Shown here: positions 48,283 through 57,500 of the stretch, piece after piece
Layout: each line of letters starts with the position of its first letter
Position numbering within the stretch: the stretch's first letter is position 1
From: Chitinophagaceae bacterium
GTDB lineage: Bacteria; Bacteroidota; Bacteroidia; Chitinophagales; Chitinophagaceae
DNA: 64,000 bases
Reading direction: 5' to 3'
Assembly: GCA_044341875.1 (NCBI GenBank)
Contig: JBIIQT010000008.1
Location: 3,393 to 67,392, forward strand
The notes under the pieces: generated by a model
What the model saw: the letters and a program-made list of their open reading frames with translations, nothing else
Told to the model about the DNA's origin: nothing
Databases searched by the model: none
Translations under genes and position numbers: made by a program

Positions 48283-51200
48283 CTATTTATTCACCGCTTC
48301 CAGCCCCCTCAAATAATCCAACAAAATCAGCGCCTGGCGAATTTCCATGAACATCGTTCTTTGGTCGTTGTTCAGGTTGTCGGCCTTGTTGGACATGAGG
48401 TCTTGAACGGCCTGGTTCATTTCAGGAATGGACATTCCTCCGATATAGGCATAATAAGCCAATTGTTCGTTCAGGTCTTTGCTCAATGAAGCAGAAACTT
48501 TTGCAGCAAGTTTCTTGTCGCCGGCTTTGTAGGCTGCTTCAAGGAACTGGATGCTGATGGTATTGTGTTGGTTCTGTCTGCTGACAAGTCCGTATGGGAA
48601 ATTCTCTGCAAGCAAATTCTTGTCGGCAATATTCAGCAGTTCTTTGGCCTTCTCTGTCTGGCCTTCCAAAGCCAGCTGGTTGGCTACTTCAGCATATGAT
48701 TGCCTGATGCCCACCAGGTGTCTCCTGTTTTCCTCATCAAAATAGACGCCAGGAATATTGGCACTTCCGAATGCAAATTTATTCTTCAACACTTCATAAG
48801 ATACCCTTGAATTGATCATGTTCTGGCCGGCCACAGGAACAAGGCGATAGGCCTGACCCTCGCTGCGGAGGTATTGGCTAAAACCCAATTCGCCAAATGG
48901 AGAGGTAAAATAGATTGGGCGGCTCCATTTGTTGGCAGCAATGATGTTCAATACTGCCATGTCATTTTTCAGGAGCATGTCTTTGGGAAGATCGAACCTT
49001 ATTTCAGTGCCTACACTATCCCCCGGTTCTACTGTACCATTTTTTCTTACAGTGGCAATGTCAACGGGCAGACTTACTTTCTTCACAGGAAGATAGTTCA
49101 TCATGGTTCCGTCCTGCATTTGCAATTGCGCTGAAGGATCATCGCTGCCAATGAAATCATGCATCAGGCTGTAGAGGTCCACATACCTGTTCTGGTCGGT
49201 GATGCCTTCCCTTTCAAAGAACCTTACATAGTCGCGCTTTCCACCTTCAATCTGGTCCGCTGACCAGATGACGTCAATTGGAGCACTTTCGTTCACTTTG
49301 TAGCGCATCTGGTTTATGTACCAGTCAATGCCCAGCAAAGAATAGTTGATAACCCTGATGTCTTTCCTGATGCCTTCCACTTCCTGTGCATACCAAAGAG
49401 GGTAGGTATCGTTGTCTCCAAATGTAAAGAGTATCGCATTGGGGGCACAGCTCTCAAGGTAGTTTTTGGCGAGGTCGCGTGCAGTTTGTTTTTTGCTTCT
49501 GTCATGATCATCCCACTCTTCTGCCGCCATTAGTACTGGTACGGCCAAAAGGCAAACCAATGCTGCAGCTGCATTTGAAACCGATTGACTGGTAAACTTT
49601 GATAACCAATCTTTGATTTGCAATACACCCAAACCAATCCAAATGGCAAATGCATAGAAGGAACCTACATAGGCATAGTCTCGTTCACGTGGTTGGTTGC
49701 CCGCTTGGTTCAAATAGAAAACAATGGCCAGGCCTGTAAAGAAAAACAGGAGGAAGGATACAAATGAACCTTTCTTGTCTTGCTTGTATTGATAAAGAAT
49801 ACCGAGGATCCCAAGAATAAAAGGAAGCGCAAAAAGCTTGTTGTTTGCCTTGTTTTGCTTTATGCTCTGCGGGAGTTTATCCTGGTTCCCCAACATGGCA
49901 TTATCTACCGCACTGATGCCAGTGAGTGTGTTTGCATCGCGTTTGTTGCCGAAACCCTGGATATCATTTTGTTTTCCAACAAAGTTCCAGCCAAAGTAGC
50001 GGAGGTACATCCAGCCAATCTGATAGCTCATTGCCCAGCTGATGTTATGGGCCATGGTTGGTTTTTCGCCATCCGCCAGGTTGAGCCAGCGTTGGTAGAA
50101 GGTAGCATGACCCTGGTCATTGCTGGCATCCCATACGCGTGGTAGCAACATTTTGTCTTCTGCTTCATACACAGGAGACTGGTCTTTGCCCACTGCAAGG
50201 TATTTTTCTTTTCCTTTCACATAGCGGGTTGATCCCTCTTCGTAGTCGATGGGTTTTGCAGTAAATACCTGACCGTAAAGCAACGGGAAGTCTCCGTATT
50301 GCTCACGACCAAGGTATCCTTCAAGGCTCATTGGATTGTCAACATTGTACATGTCGATGGCAGGGTTTGCTGCTGAACGAATCATCGTTGTGATGTAGGT
50401 TGAATATCCCAACAACATGAAAGCAAAGCACCAGAGGCCCAGTTTAAGAAAATATCCATTGGCCTTCATTTTTCCGGAATTGGCATATTTGATGCCCAAG
50501 AAAATCGCAAGTACCAACAATGCGAAAAACACGGTGAAGCCAGTAAAAAATGGCATTCCCAGTGAATTGACGAAGAAGATGTCGAACTTTCCTGCGGTTT
50601 TGATCGTGTACTGAATAACCGCTTTCTGTGCAACTCCGGTTATGATACACCCGATGATAAACGCAATGAAGGTTCCTTTTCCGGTAACCTTGTAACGCTT
50701 ATAGTAATATACCATTACAATGGCAGGGATGGTAAGCAGGTTGAGCAAGTGAACGCCAATGGAAAGACCCATCATGAAAAAGATCAGTACAATCCATTTG
50801 TCCGCTCCGGGTTGATCGGCATTGTGTTCCCATTTCAACATCATCCAAAAAACCAGTGCCGTGAAAAAGGATGAGAGTGCATATACCTCGCCTTCAACAG
50901 CACTGAACCAAAATGAATCACTGAAGGTATAGGCCAAAGCACCAACAGTACCAGCAGCCATGATAGAGAAGATCTGGTTTCCGTTCAGTACTTCAGATCC
51001 TTTTTGTACGATTTTTCGTGCAAAATGGGTGATGGTCCAGAACAGGAACATGATGGTGAAGCCACTTGCCAGCGCACTCATCACATTTACGGCTTTTGCA
51101 GCCGTAAGAGGGTTGTCTCCAAAGAAAATGATGAAAACCCTGCCGATGATCACAAAAAGTGGCGCTCCTGGAGGATGGGGAATCTGCAGTTTAAAACATG

Positions 51201-51321
51201 AGCTGATAAATTCACCACAATCCCATAAGCTTCCGCCTGCCTCTGCGGTCATGATATAGACAGAACAAGCGATAGCTGTTACGATCCATCCAACGATGTT
51301 GTTAATCCTGTTAAACGACAT
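48283..51321 (-). CDS. DUF2723 multi-TM protein (TMEM260-like GT-C glycosyltransferase)
   Basis: WDCGEF...HPPGAPLF, SAVEGEVYA, RERDY.YVGS and GDNDTYPLWYAQEV motifs. ATG 51321 is supported by a -7 element at 51340-51347. Confidence 0.88.
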   Translation of the reverse strand: MSFNRINNIVGWIVTAIACSVYIMTAEAGGSLWDCGEFISSCFKLQIPHPPGAPLFVIIGRVFIIFFGDNPLTAAKAVNVMSALASGFTIMFLFWTITHFARKIVQKGSEVLNGNQIFSIMAAGTVGALAYTFSDSFWFSAVEGEVYALSSFFTALVFWMMLKWEHNADQPGADKWIVLIFFMMGLSIGVHLLNLLTIPAIVMVYYYKRYKVTGKGTFIAFIIGCIITGVAQKAVIQYTIKTAGKFDIFFVNSLGMPFFTGFTVFFALLVLAIFLGIKYANSGKMKANGYFLKLGLWCFAFMLLGYSTYITTMIRSAANPAIDMYNVDNPMSLEGYLGREQYGDFPLLYGQVFTAKPIDYEEGSTRYVKGKEKYLAVGKDQSPVYEAEDKMLLPRVWDASNDQGHATFYQRWLNLADGEKPTMAHNISWAMSYQIGWMYLRYFGWNFVGKQNDIQGFGNKRDANTLTGISAVDNAMLGNQDKLPQSIKQNKANNKLFALPFILGILGILYQYKQDKKGSFVSFLLFFFTGLAIVFYLNQAGNQPRERDYAYVGSFYAFAIWIGLGVLQIKDWLSKFTSQSVSNAAAALVCLLAVPVLMAAEEWDDHDRSKKQTARDLAKNYLESCAPNAILFTFGDNDTYPLWYAQEVEGIRKDIRVINYSLLGIDWYINQMRYKVNESAPIDVIWSADQIEGGKRDYVRFFEREGITDQNRYVDLYSLMHDFIGSDDPSAQLQMQDGTMMNYLPVKKVSLPVDIATVRKNGTVEPGDSVGTEIRFDLPKDMLLKNDMAVLNIIAANKWSRPIYFTSPFGELGFSQYLRSEGQAYRLVPVAGQNMINSRVSYEVLKNKFAFGSANIPGVYFDEENRRHLVGIRQSYAEVANQLALEGQTEKAKELLNIADKNLLAENFPYGLVSRQNQHNTISIQFLEAAYKAGDKKLAAKVSASLSKDLNEQLAYYAYIGGMSIPEMNQAVQDLMSNKADNLNNDQRTMFMEIRQALILLDYLRGLEAVNK

Positions 51322-51339
51322 ATTTTTGTGTTTAGGAGA

Positions 51340-51347
51340 CAAATATA
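51340..51347 (-). promoter_or_regulatory. -7 promoter element for the DUF2723 gene (TATATTTG)
   Basis: caaatata on the + strand; overlaps the track's TTG start, which argues for the downstream ATG. Confidence 0.6.
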
Positions 51348-51559
51348 ATGAAATGCGTTTTGAGTTGTGGGGTTTGAATCTAGTCTTCCTGTTGGCGCTT
51401 TTATATTTATAGACATAATACTGGTGTTCAGGGGTTTTACAGCTGATTTTAGATGTGTAAATATTGCTTACAACATATCATTTTAGCGCAACAGAAAAAC
51501 TAATCCCTCCTTTTGAATACGATTTTTAAATTTCATTTTGCTCGAATGTAAAAACCCAT

Positions 51560-51567
51560 TATTTTTG
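51560..51567 (+). promoter_or_regulatory. -7 promoter element for tRNA-Lys (TATTTTTG)
   Basis: Exact consensus 23 nt before the tRNA. Confidence 0.65.
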
Positions 51568-51590
51568 CACTCCCAATTACGGAGTGGAAT

Positions 51591-51663
51591 GAACTCGTAG
51601 CTCAGTTGGTAGAGCAATACACTTTTAATGTATGGGCCCTGGGTTCGAGTCCCAGCGGGTTCA
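51591..51663 (+). tRNA. trnK: tRNA-Lys (UUU); CCA not encoded
   Basis: Acceptor stem GAACTCG/CGGGTTC, D arm GCTC/GAGC, anticodon arm ATACA-CTTTTAA-TGTAT, T loop TTCGAGT. Confidence 0.95.
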
Positions 51664-51668
51664 CTCTC

Positions 51669-51696
51669 AAAAGCCACCTTTTTAAGGTGGCTTTTT
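51669..51696 (+). terminator. Intrinsic terminator after the tRNA
   Basis: aaaagccacctt-ttt-aaggtggctttt. Confidence 0.85.
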
Positions 51697-51785
51697 CCAT
51701 TTGCGCATCTGTCTTTTCAAAATGAGTGATAAGCCCAATCGTCCAGAGTATAATGGTTATTTGAATTTATGAGTAGATTTGCAGT

Positions 51786-52601
51786 ATGAGCCAATTCACG
51801 AATAAAACAGTTGTTGTTACAGGTGGAACGGATGGCATAGGACGGGCCTTGGTCCTGAATTTTTTAGATTTGGGGGCCAACGTCGTTACCTGTGGGCGAA
51901 ACCAGCAAAAAATTCTTGCTTTAGAGGCCGAGGCTCCAATGGGGAGAATTTGTGTGCTCAATGCTGATGTTTCTGTCGAAAAGGACTGTGAACGTTTGGT
52001 GGATCATGCTGTGAAAATGTTTGGAAGCATAGATATTTTGATCAACAATGCAGGAATCTCAATGAGGGGCTTGATGGAAGATGGTGGGAAAGGCATTATT
52101 CCGGTGATCAAAAAGGTAATGGACGTCAATTTTTATGGAGCTATGTATTGTACAACCTTTGCACTGCCCCACCTGATCAAGTCAAGTGGAGTAGTGGTAG
52201 GGGTGTCCTCCATTGCAGGATACAGAGGCTTGCCTGGTAGAAGCGGATATTCTGCGTCCAAATTCGCCTTGCAGGGTTGGCTAGAAGCCCTAAAAACAGA
52301 GGTGGTTGAAAAAGGTGTTCATGTCATGTGGGTTAGTCCCGGGTTTACAGCTTCAAACATCAGGAACGTTGCTTTGAACCAACATGGAGAAGCCCAGGGA
52401 GAATCCCCATTGAATGAAAATGAATTGATGGATGCATCAACCTGTGCCAACATCATCATAGCGGCCATTGCCAAGCGAAAACGAACTGTTGTGATGACTT
52501 TCCAGGGTAAACAGACGGTTTTCCTCAATAAATTTTTCCCATCTCTGGCTGACAAGTTGGTCAGGAAATTTTTCTTTAGAAATGGGGAATTGATTAAATA
52601 G
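51786..52601 (+). CDS. SDR family oxidoreductase
   Basis: TGGTDGIG, NNAG and catalytic YSASK motifs. Confidence 0.93.
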   Translation: MSQFTNKTVVVTGGTDGIGRALVLNFLDLGANVVTCGRNQQKILALEAEAPMGRICVLNADVSVEKDCERLVDHAVKMFGSIDILINNAGISMRGLMEDGGKGIIPVIKKVMDVNFYGAMYCTTFALPHLIKSSGVVVGVSSIAGYRGLPGRSGYSASKFALQGWLEALKTEVVEKGVHVMWVSPGFTASNIRNVALNQHGEAQGESPLNENELMDASTCANIIIAAIAKRKRTVVMTFQGKQTVFLNKFFPSLADKLVRKFFFRNGELIK

Positions 52602-52614
52602 TTTCATTCAATAC

Positions 52615-52631
52615 CTTCAACCACTTCAACC
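52615..52631 (+). repeat. (CTTCAACnn) x2
   Basis: CTTCAAC at 52615 and 52624, just upstream of ATG 52644. Confidence 0.6.
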
Positions 52632-52643
52632 TTTTCCTCCTAT

Positions 52644-53462
52644 ATGCCCATCCTCACTTTCACCAGCGATTTCGGATCATCTGACCATTTGGTTGGAGGG
52701 GTGAAGGGTGAGATCTTGAAATTGAATGAAGGCTTTCAGATCATTGATATCACTCATGAAATCATCCCCTATAATTTTATGCAGGCAGCCTATGTATGCC
52801 GCAATATTTTTTCAGCCTTTCCTCCAGAGTCTTTTCACTTGGTTTTGGTGAATGCTTTCGACAGCAATGTAAATCATTTGTTGCTGGTCCGGCACAATGG
52901 GCAAATTCTGGGAATTCCTGACAATGGATTGATTACCATGATACTGGGAAGAGTTCCCGATGAAGTAGTAGCCATCCCATTCCCTCCGGGGTTCAAAAAA
53001 AATATCCGAAATTTCACTTCTTTGCTGGTAGAGGCATTTTCAGGGCTGCTTAGCGGAGTCAGGCTTGAAAAGCTGGGTACTTCTCCTGTTACCATCCAGG
53101 AAAAGCACCTCATGAAGCCGTTTTCCTCTGATCAATACATTGAAGGTCAAATACTTATGATCGACAGGTTCTTGAATGTAATCGTGAACATTACGCAACA
53201 AGAGTTTGAGTCCAGCAGACGAAACCGGCCCTTCAAAATCGTGCTGTTGAGGGATGCCTTTATTGAAAAAATAAGCGACCATTATGCTGATGTGCCCGAA
53301 GGAGAGAAACTGGCATTTTTCAATGAAGCTGGTTATTTGGAGATAGCCGTTAACAAAGGGTATGCGGCCCCATTATTTGGACTGGGTGAATTTTCTGGCA
53401 GTGGTCAGCATCACCATGAAAAAAGGCAGTATTATCAAACTGTCAAGGTATTTTTTGAGTAA
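52644..53462 (+). CDS. DUF62 / SAM hydroxide adenosyltransferase family protein (divergent)
   Basis: TSDFG, IDITH, PDNG and GYLEIAVN motifs. Confidence 0.85.
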   Translation: MPILTFTSDFGSSDHLVGGVKGEILKLNEGFQIIDITHEIIPYNFMQAAYVCRNIFSAFPPESFHLVLVNAFDSNVNHLLLVRHNGQILGIPDNGLITMILGRVPDEVVAIPFPPGFKKNIRNFTSLLVEAFSGLLSGVRLEKLGTSPVTIQEKHLMKPFSSDQYIEGQILMIDRFLNVIVNITQQEFESSRRNRPFKIVLLRDAFIEKISDHYADVPEGEKLAFFNEAGYLEIAVNKGYAAPLFGLGEFSGSGQHHHEKRQYYQTVKVFFE

Positions 53463-53523
53463 GGTCATTTTGGTTGATTTTTTCCTTAATTTGCCCGATT
53501 AGAAAACCAATATCCTACTATTT

Positions 53524-54561
53524 ATGCCTAAGTTCCTCAAACACCGAGTTCGTGGGGTAATTTATTTTTGTTTATTTACATCCATTTTCCAGTTTACCGA
53601 AGTGAGGGGGCAATTGCCTGTTTTTACTCAGTTTTCTCAGAACCAACTGAATGTCAATCCGTCTTTTGCTGGCTATTTTGATGAAGATATCAAGGTGAAT
53701 GCACTCTATAGGACTCAATCCTATTCCAAGTTGGTGACCTCTACTTTTACGAATGCATCTTTTCAGATGAGACCCTACTTGGATTTTATACCTGAAAATG
53801 ATATCATGGGCTTTGGTATCAATGCGTATTCTCATAAAACCCTAAGTTCCTATTCTCATAATGCCTTATCTGCTACCATGTCATATTCCAAGGGTTTGGA
53901 TTATGCGGGTACCCAGACCCTTGGAATTGGATTTCAGGGAAGGTATAACTCTAAAAGGGTTGATTACACTCAATTGCTTTTTCCCAACCAATTTGACATC
54001 ATTGGATATACGCCCAACTTACCCAATAACGAGCCCATTCAAGTGATCAACACCAATTTTTTTGATTTGAATGCTGGCGTTTTGTATAGTGCAATTGGCG
54101 AGAATGAGGCTTTCACTGCCGGCTTTTCAATGTATAATGTTAACCAAATCAGCAGTGATAGAGCAAAATTGGCTAGCAGGGATGGATTGACTTATAATTA
54201 CCATCTTGGTTACTCTCGTTACCTCTCTGAATACAGTCAGGTTTTCTTGGGCGGACTGCATTCATCTTCCTTAAAGCAAGGCGCAACGTCTATCATTGGA
54301 GCCGTTCAGTTCATGCCAGATTATGCCAGATTTATTGGGTTTGACGTTGGGGGTATCTATGTACTGAACAACAGTTTTTCACCATTTGTGAACCTCAACA
54401 TGAATCTCGTCAGGGCATCGTTCACTTACAATGTTCCTATTGCTCCCAACATTTCCTATGTACAACAGTCTAATGCATTTGAAATAGGAATTCAACTTCT
54501 CTTCTCAAGACCAACAGAGAACAATACCATCGCCAAAAGACATATGAGTTGTTTTAAATAA
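53524..54561 (+). CDS. PorP/SprF family type IX secretion membrane protein
   Basis: FTQF..NQL.VNPSFAG, YRTQ, FDLNAG and SNAFEIGI motifs; beta-barrel pattern. Confidence 0.85.
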   Translation: MPKFLKHRVRGVIYFCLFTSIFQFTEVRGQLPVFTQFSQNQLNVNPSFAGYFDEDIKVNALYRTQSYSKLVTSTFTNASFQMRPYLDFIPENDIMGFGINAYSHKTLSSYSHNALSATMSYSKGLDYAGTQTLGIGFQGRYNSKRVDYTQLLFPNQFDIIGYTPNLPNNEPIQVINTNFFDLNAGVLYSAIGENEAFTAGFSMYNVNQISSDRAKLASRDGLTYNYHLGYSRYLSEYSQVFLGGLHSSSLKQGATSIIGAVQFMPDYARFIGFDVGGIYVLNNSFSPFVNLNMNLVRASFTYNVPIAPNISYVQQSNAFEIGIQLLFSRPTENNTIAKRHMSCFK

Positions 54562-54594
54562 ACAATTTTTTACAGACATTATAATCGACCATTC

Positions 54595-57500
54595 ATGAAG
54601 TTTTTAAGAAAAATTCGATTTGCTTTCACCGGACTGCTGTTGCTATTGTCCAATCTATTGATTGCACAGACATGTCCAGTCATCAATTCGGTTACCAATA
54701 GCAGTGCAGTTTGTGTGGGTACAAGTTTTGTGATGCAAGTCAATGCCAGTTCTCCTGACCTATCAACGCTTACCTATTCTTGGTTTAAGAACGGTGTCGC
54801 AATCACTGGTGCATCCACCAATCAGTATACAATTAGTAGTTTCTCTGCAGGAGATGCTGCTTCTTACACGGTAAAGGTTGGCAATGCATGTGGAACCCTG
54901 ACTACATCAAATCCTATTCAATTGACCCTCTCAGGGTTACCTGTAATCACAAGTAGTTTTAGCAGTCCAACAACCATTTGTGTAGGAGCTGATTTCTCTA
55001 CATCAGTAACAGCTACATCGAATGTTGGCGATGCTTTGACATACCAATGGTCCAAAGGGGCGGTAAATATCACAGGCGCAACGGCATCCTCATTTTTAAT
55101 CAGCCGTGTTGCCGAGGGTGATGCTGGATCATTCAGGGTTGCAGTGACAAATTCTTGTGGAACTGTTAATAGTTCAGTACACCAGCTTATCATAAAAAAA
55201 ATCCCTGTAATCCTTAACCAACCCGCTTCGGCTCAGTTATGTACAGGTAGTCCTGTTGCTGTGACCGCTGATGTAACTGGTGCAGATACCTATTCCTGGA
55301 CCAAGAATAATATTAGTATTGGTAACAGCACAACCAATGTTACCATTTCGAGTGCCCAGCTCATTGATGGTGGAACGTATAAGTATACTGCAACAAATGC
55401 ATGTGGAGCCACTATAAGCAATGAAGCAGTTATAACGGTTAAAGCAAAACCTACGATACAATCCGTCACGCAAGGCGCTACCATTTGTCAAGGGGCAAGC
55501 AGGAGTCTTACCGTAGTGGCTAATGGGAACAACGATAATAGTCTTACCTATCAATGGAGTCTTAACGGATCTCCGATCGTGGGAGCTACTGCTGCAACTT
55601 ATTCCATTGTGAGTTTTTCATCATCAAATGCCGGTACTTATTCAGTTGCTGTCACCAATTCATGTGGAACAACCACGAGCACCAGTGTTGCTGCAGATTG
55701 CATACTCAGCCTATCCTCTGCACCTACCATCACAAGTGTATTTACCAGTCCTGTGAATATCTGTGTTGGTGAGAATTACAGCACTCAAGTAATTGCAAAC
55801 ACAAATGCTGGCGGAGCACTCAGTTATCAGTGGAAAAGAGCAGGATCACTGATTCCCGGTGCTACAAATGCCACGCTTAATCTTACTGCATTACAAACAA
55901 CTGATGCTGGTATTTATACTGTCGAAGTGATCAATGGTTGCGGACCAACTACCAGTGCTAATTTGCAGATAAATGTATCTCCAAAGCCAATCATTACATT
56001 ACAGCCGGTTGGATCAACAGTTTGTGTTGGTGCCGCCATCACTCTTTCAGCAGATGTTGCCGGCGCTACTTCGTTTAAATGGCAGAAGGATGGTGTTGAT
56101 GTTGGAAATATTACCAAGACATTTACATTGTCCAATTCCGCGAAAACAGATGCAGGATCGTTTACTTTTATTGCTTCTAATGGATGTGGTAATACCAGCA
56201 GTGCTGCTGCTGTGATGGTTATTAATGGCAAGCCTGCTATCAACAGCATTGCATCTCCTGCAAATGTATGTGTCGGCAGCACTGCAACATTGGTGGCTAG
56301 CGTTAATGGGAATGGCGATAACAATCTTACCTATTCATGGTCCTTGAAAGGCATAGCCATTCCGAATGGTAATGCATCAACACTGTCGGTCCCGAATTTT
56401 CAGTCTTCAAATGTTGGGGTATATGCTTTGGCAGTGACCAATGGTTGTGGAACGACAACTTCAACATCACTCAGTCTGGATAAGGATGTACAGTTGATTC
56501 AAGCTCCTTCAATTGCAGCTGTTGTGGATCAAAATGTTTGTTTGAATGCCACGTTGAATGTATCGCCCACGCTGACCAATTTGGGCGGCGTTCCGGCAAC
56601 TTATCAGTGGTATTTTGAAGGTGGTATATTGCCTGATCAGCAATCATCTCAGTTGCGTATTTCCAATATTCAATCAAACAAATCAGGACGTTATTTTTTA
56701 TCTGTCAACAATGGTTGCAGTCCTGTAAGTGGAGCGCCATTTAATGTGAATGTTTTGGAGTTGCCTGTAATTAAAACACAACCTGCTGCAGTTTCTGATC
56801 TTTGTGTTGGCAGTGTTTTCAGTATTGAGGTTCTTTCGACTGGTGCCCAATTGCTTCAATGGTTTAAGAATGATGTTGCGATAGCTGGTGCTAATGGTTC
56901 AAGTTATTCAATTTCATCTTTGTCTGTTTCAGATGCCGCACGTTACAATGTAAAAGTATCCAACAATTGTGGGTATTCAATTACGAGCAGCAATGCAGTG
57001 TTGACTGTTGGTTCATCTCCTACAGTTGTTACTCCGCCTGCCAATATCAGCTCCTGTTTGGGTCAGTCTGCTTCTGCCAACATTGTTGCTAACACGAACG
57101 GTGGTGGCCCTCTTAAATATGAATGGAGTACAAGTACTGGGGTTATTGCAGGCGCTACCTCATCTACCTTCAGTTTAGCAAACGTGTCTAAAGCTGATGC
57201 AAAGACCTACACAGTCTCAGTTGGAAACAATTGTAGTGGAAAGATCAACGGAGGAAGTTTTGCGTTAACATTGGCGGATAAGCCAACAGTACTTATCTCG
57301 ACATCCATACCCAATAATGCAACTACTGGGAATCCAACTGTTTGCCTGGGTTCACCTATCAGTTTTACTGTTACTGAAAATTCAAATGGGGCTGCATTGA
57401 GTTATACATGGTATAAAGATGATATAAGCAAGGGTGTTCAGAGCACTAATGCACTGACCATTGCTTCAAGTACTTCCACTGATGCAGGAGTATATAAGTT

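Noticed and set aside
51591-51663. tRNA-Lys as a genomic island integration site
   Set aside because: No integrase and no duplicated tRNA 3' end in the window; the tRNA is followed by its own terminator. Absence of encoded CCA is common and cca is present.
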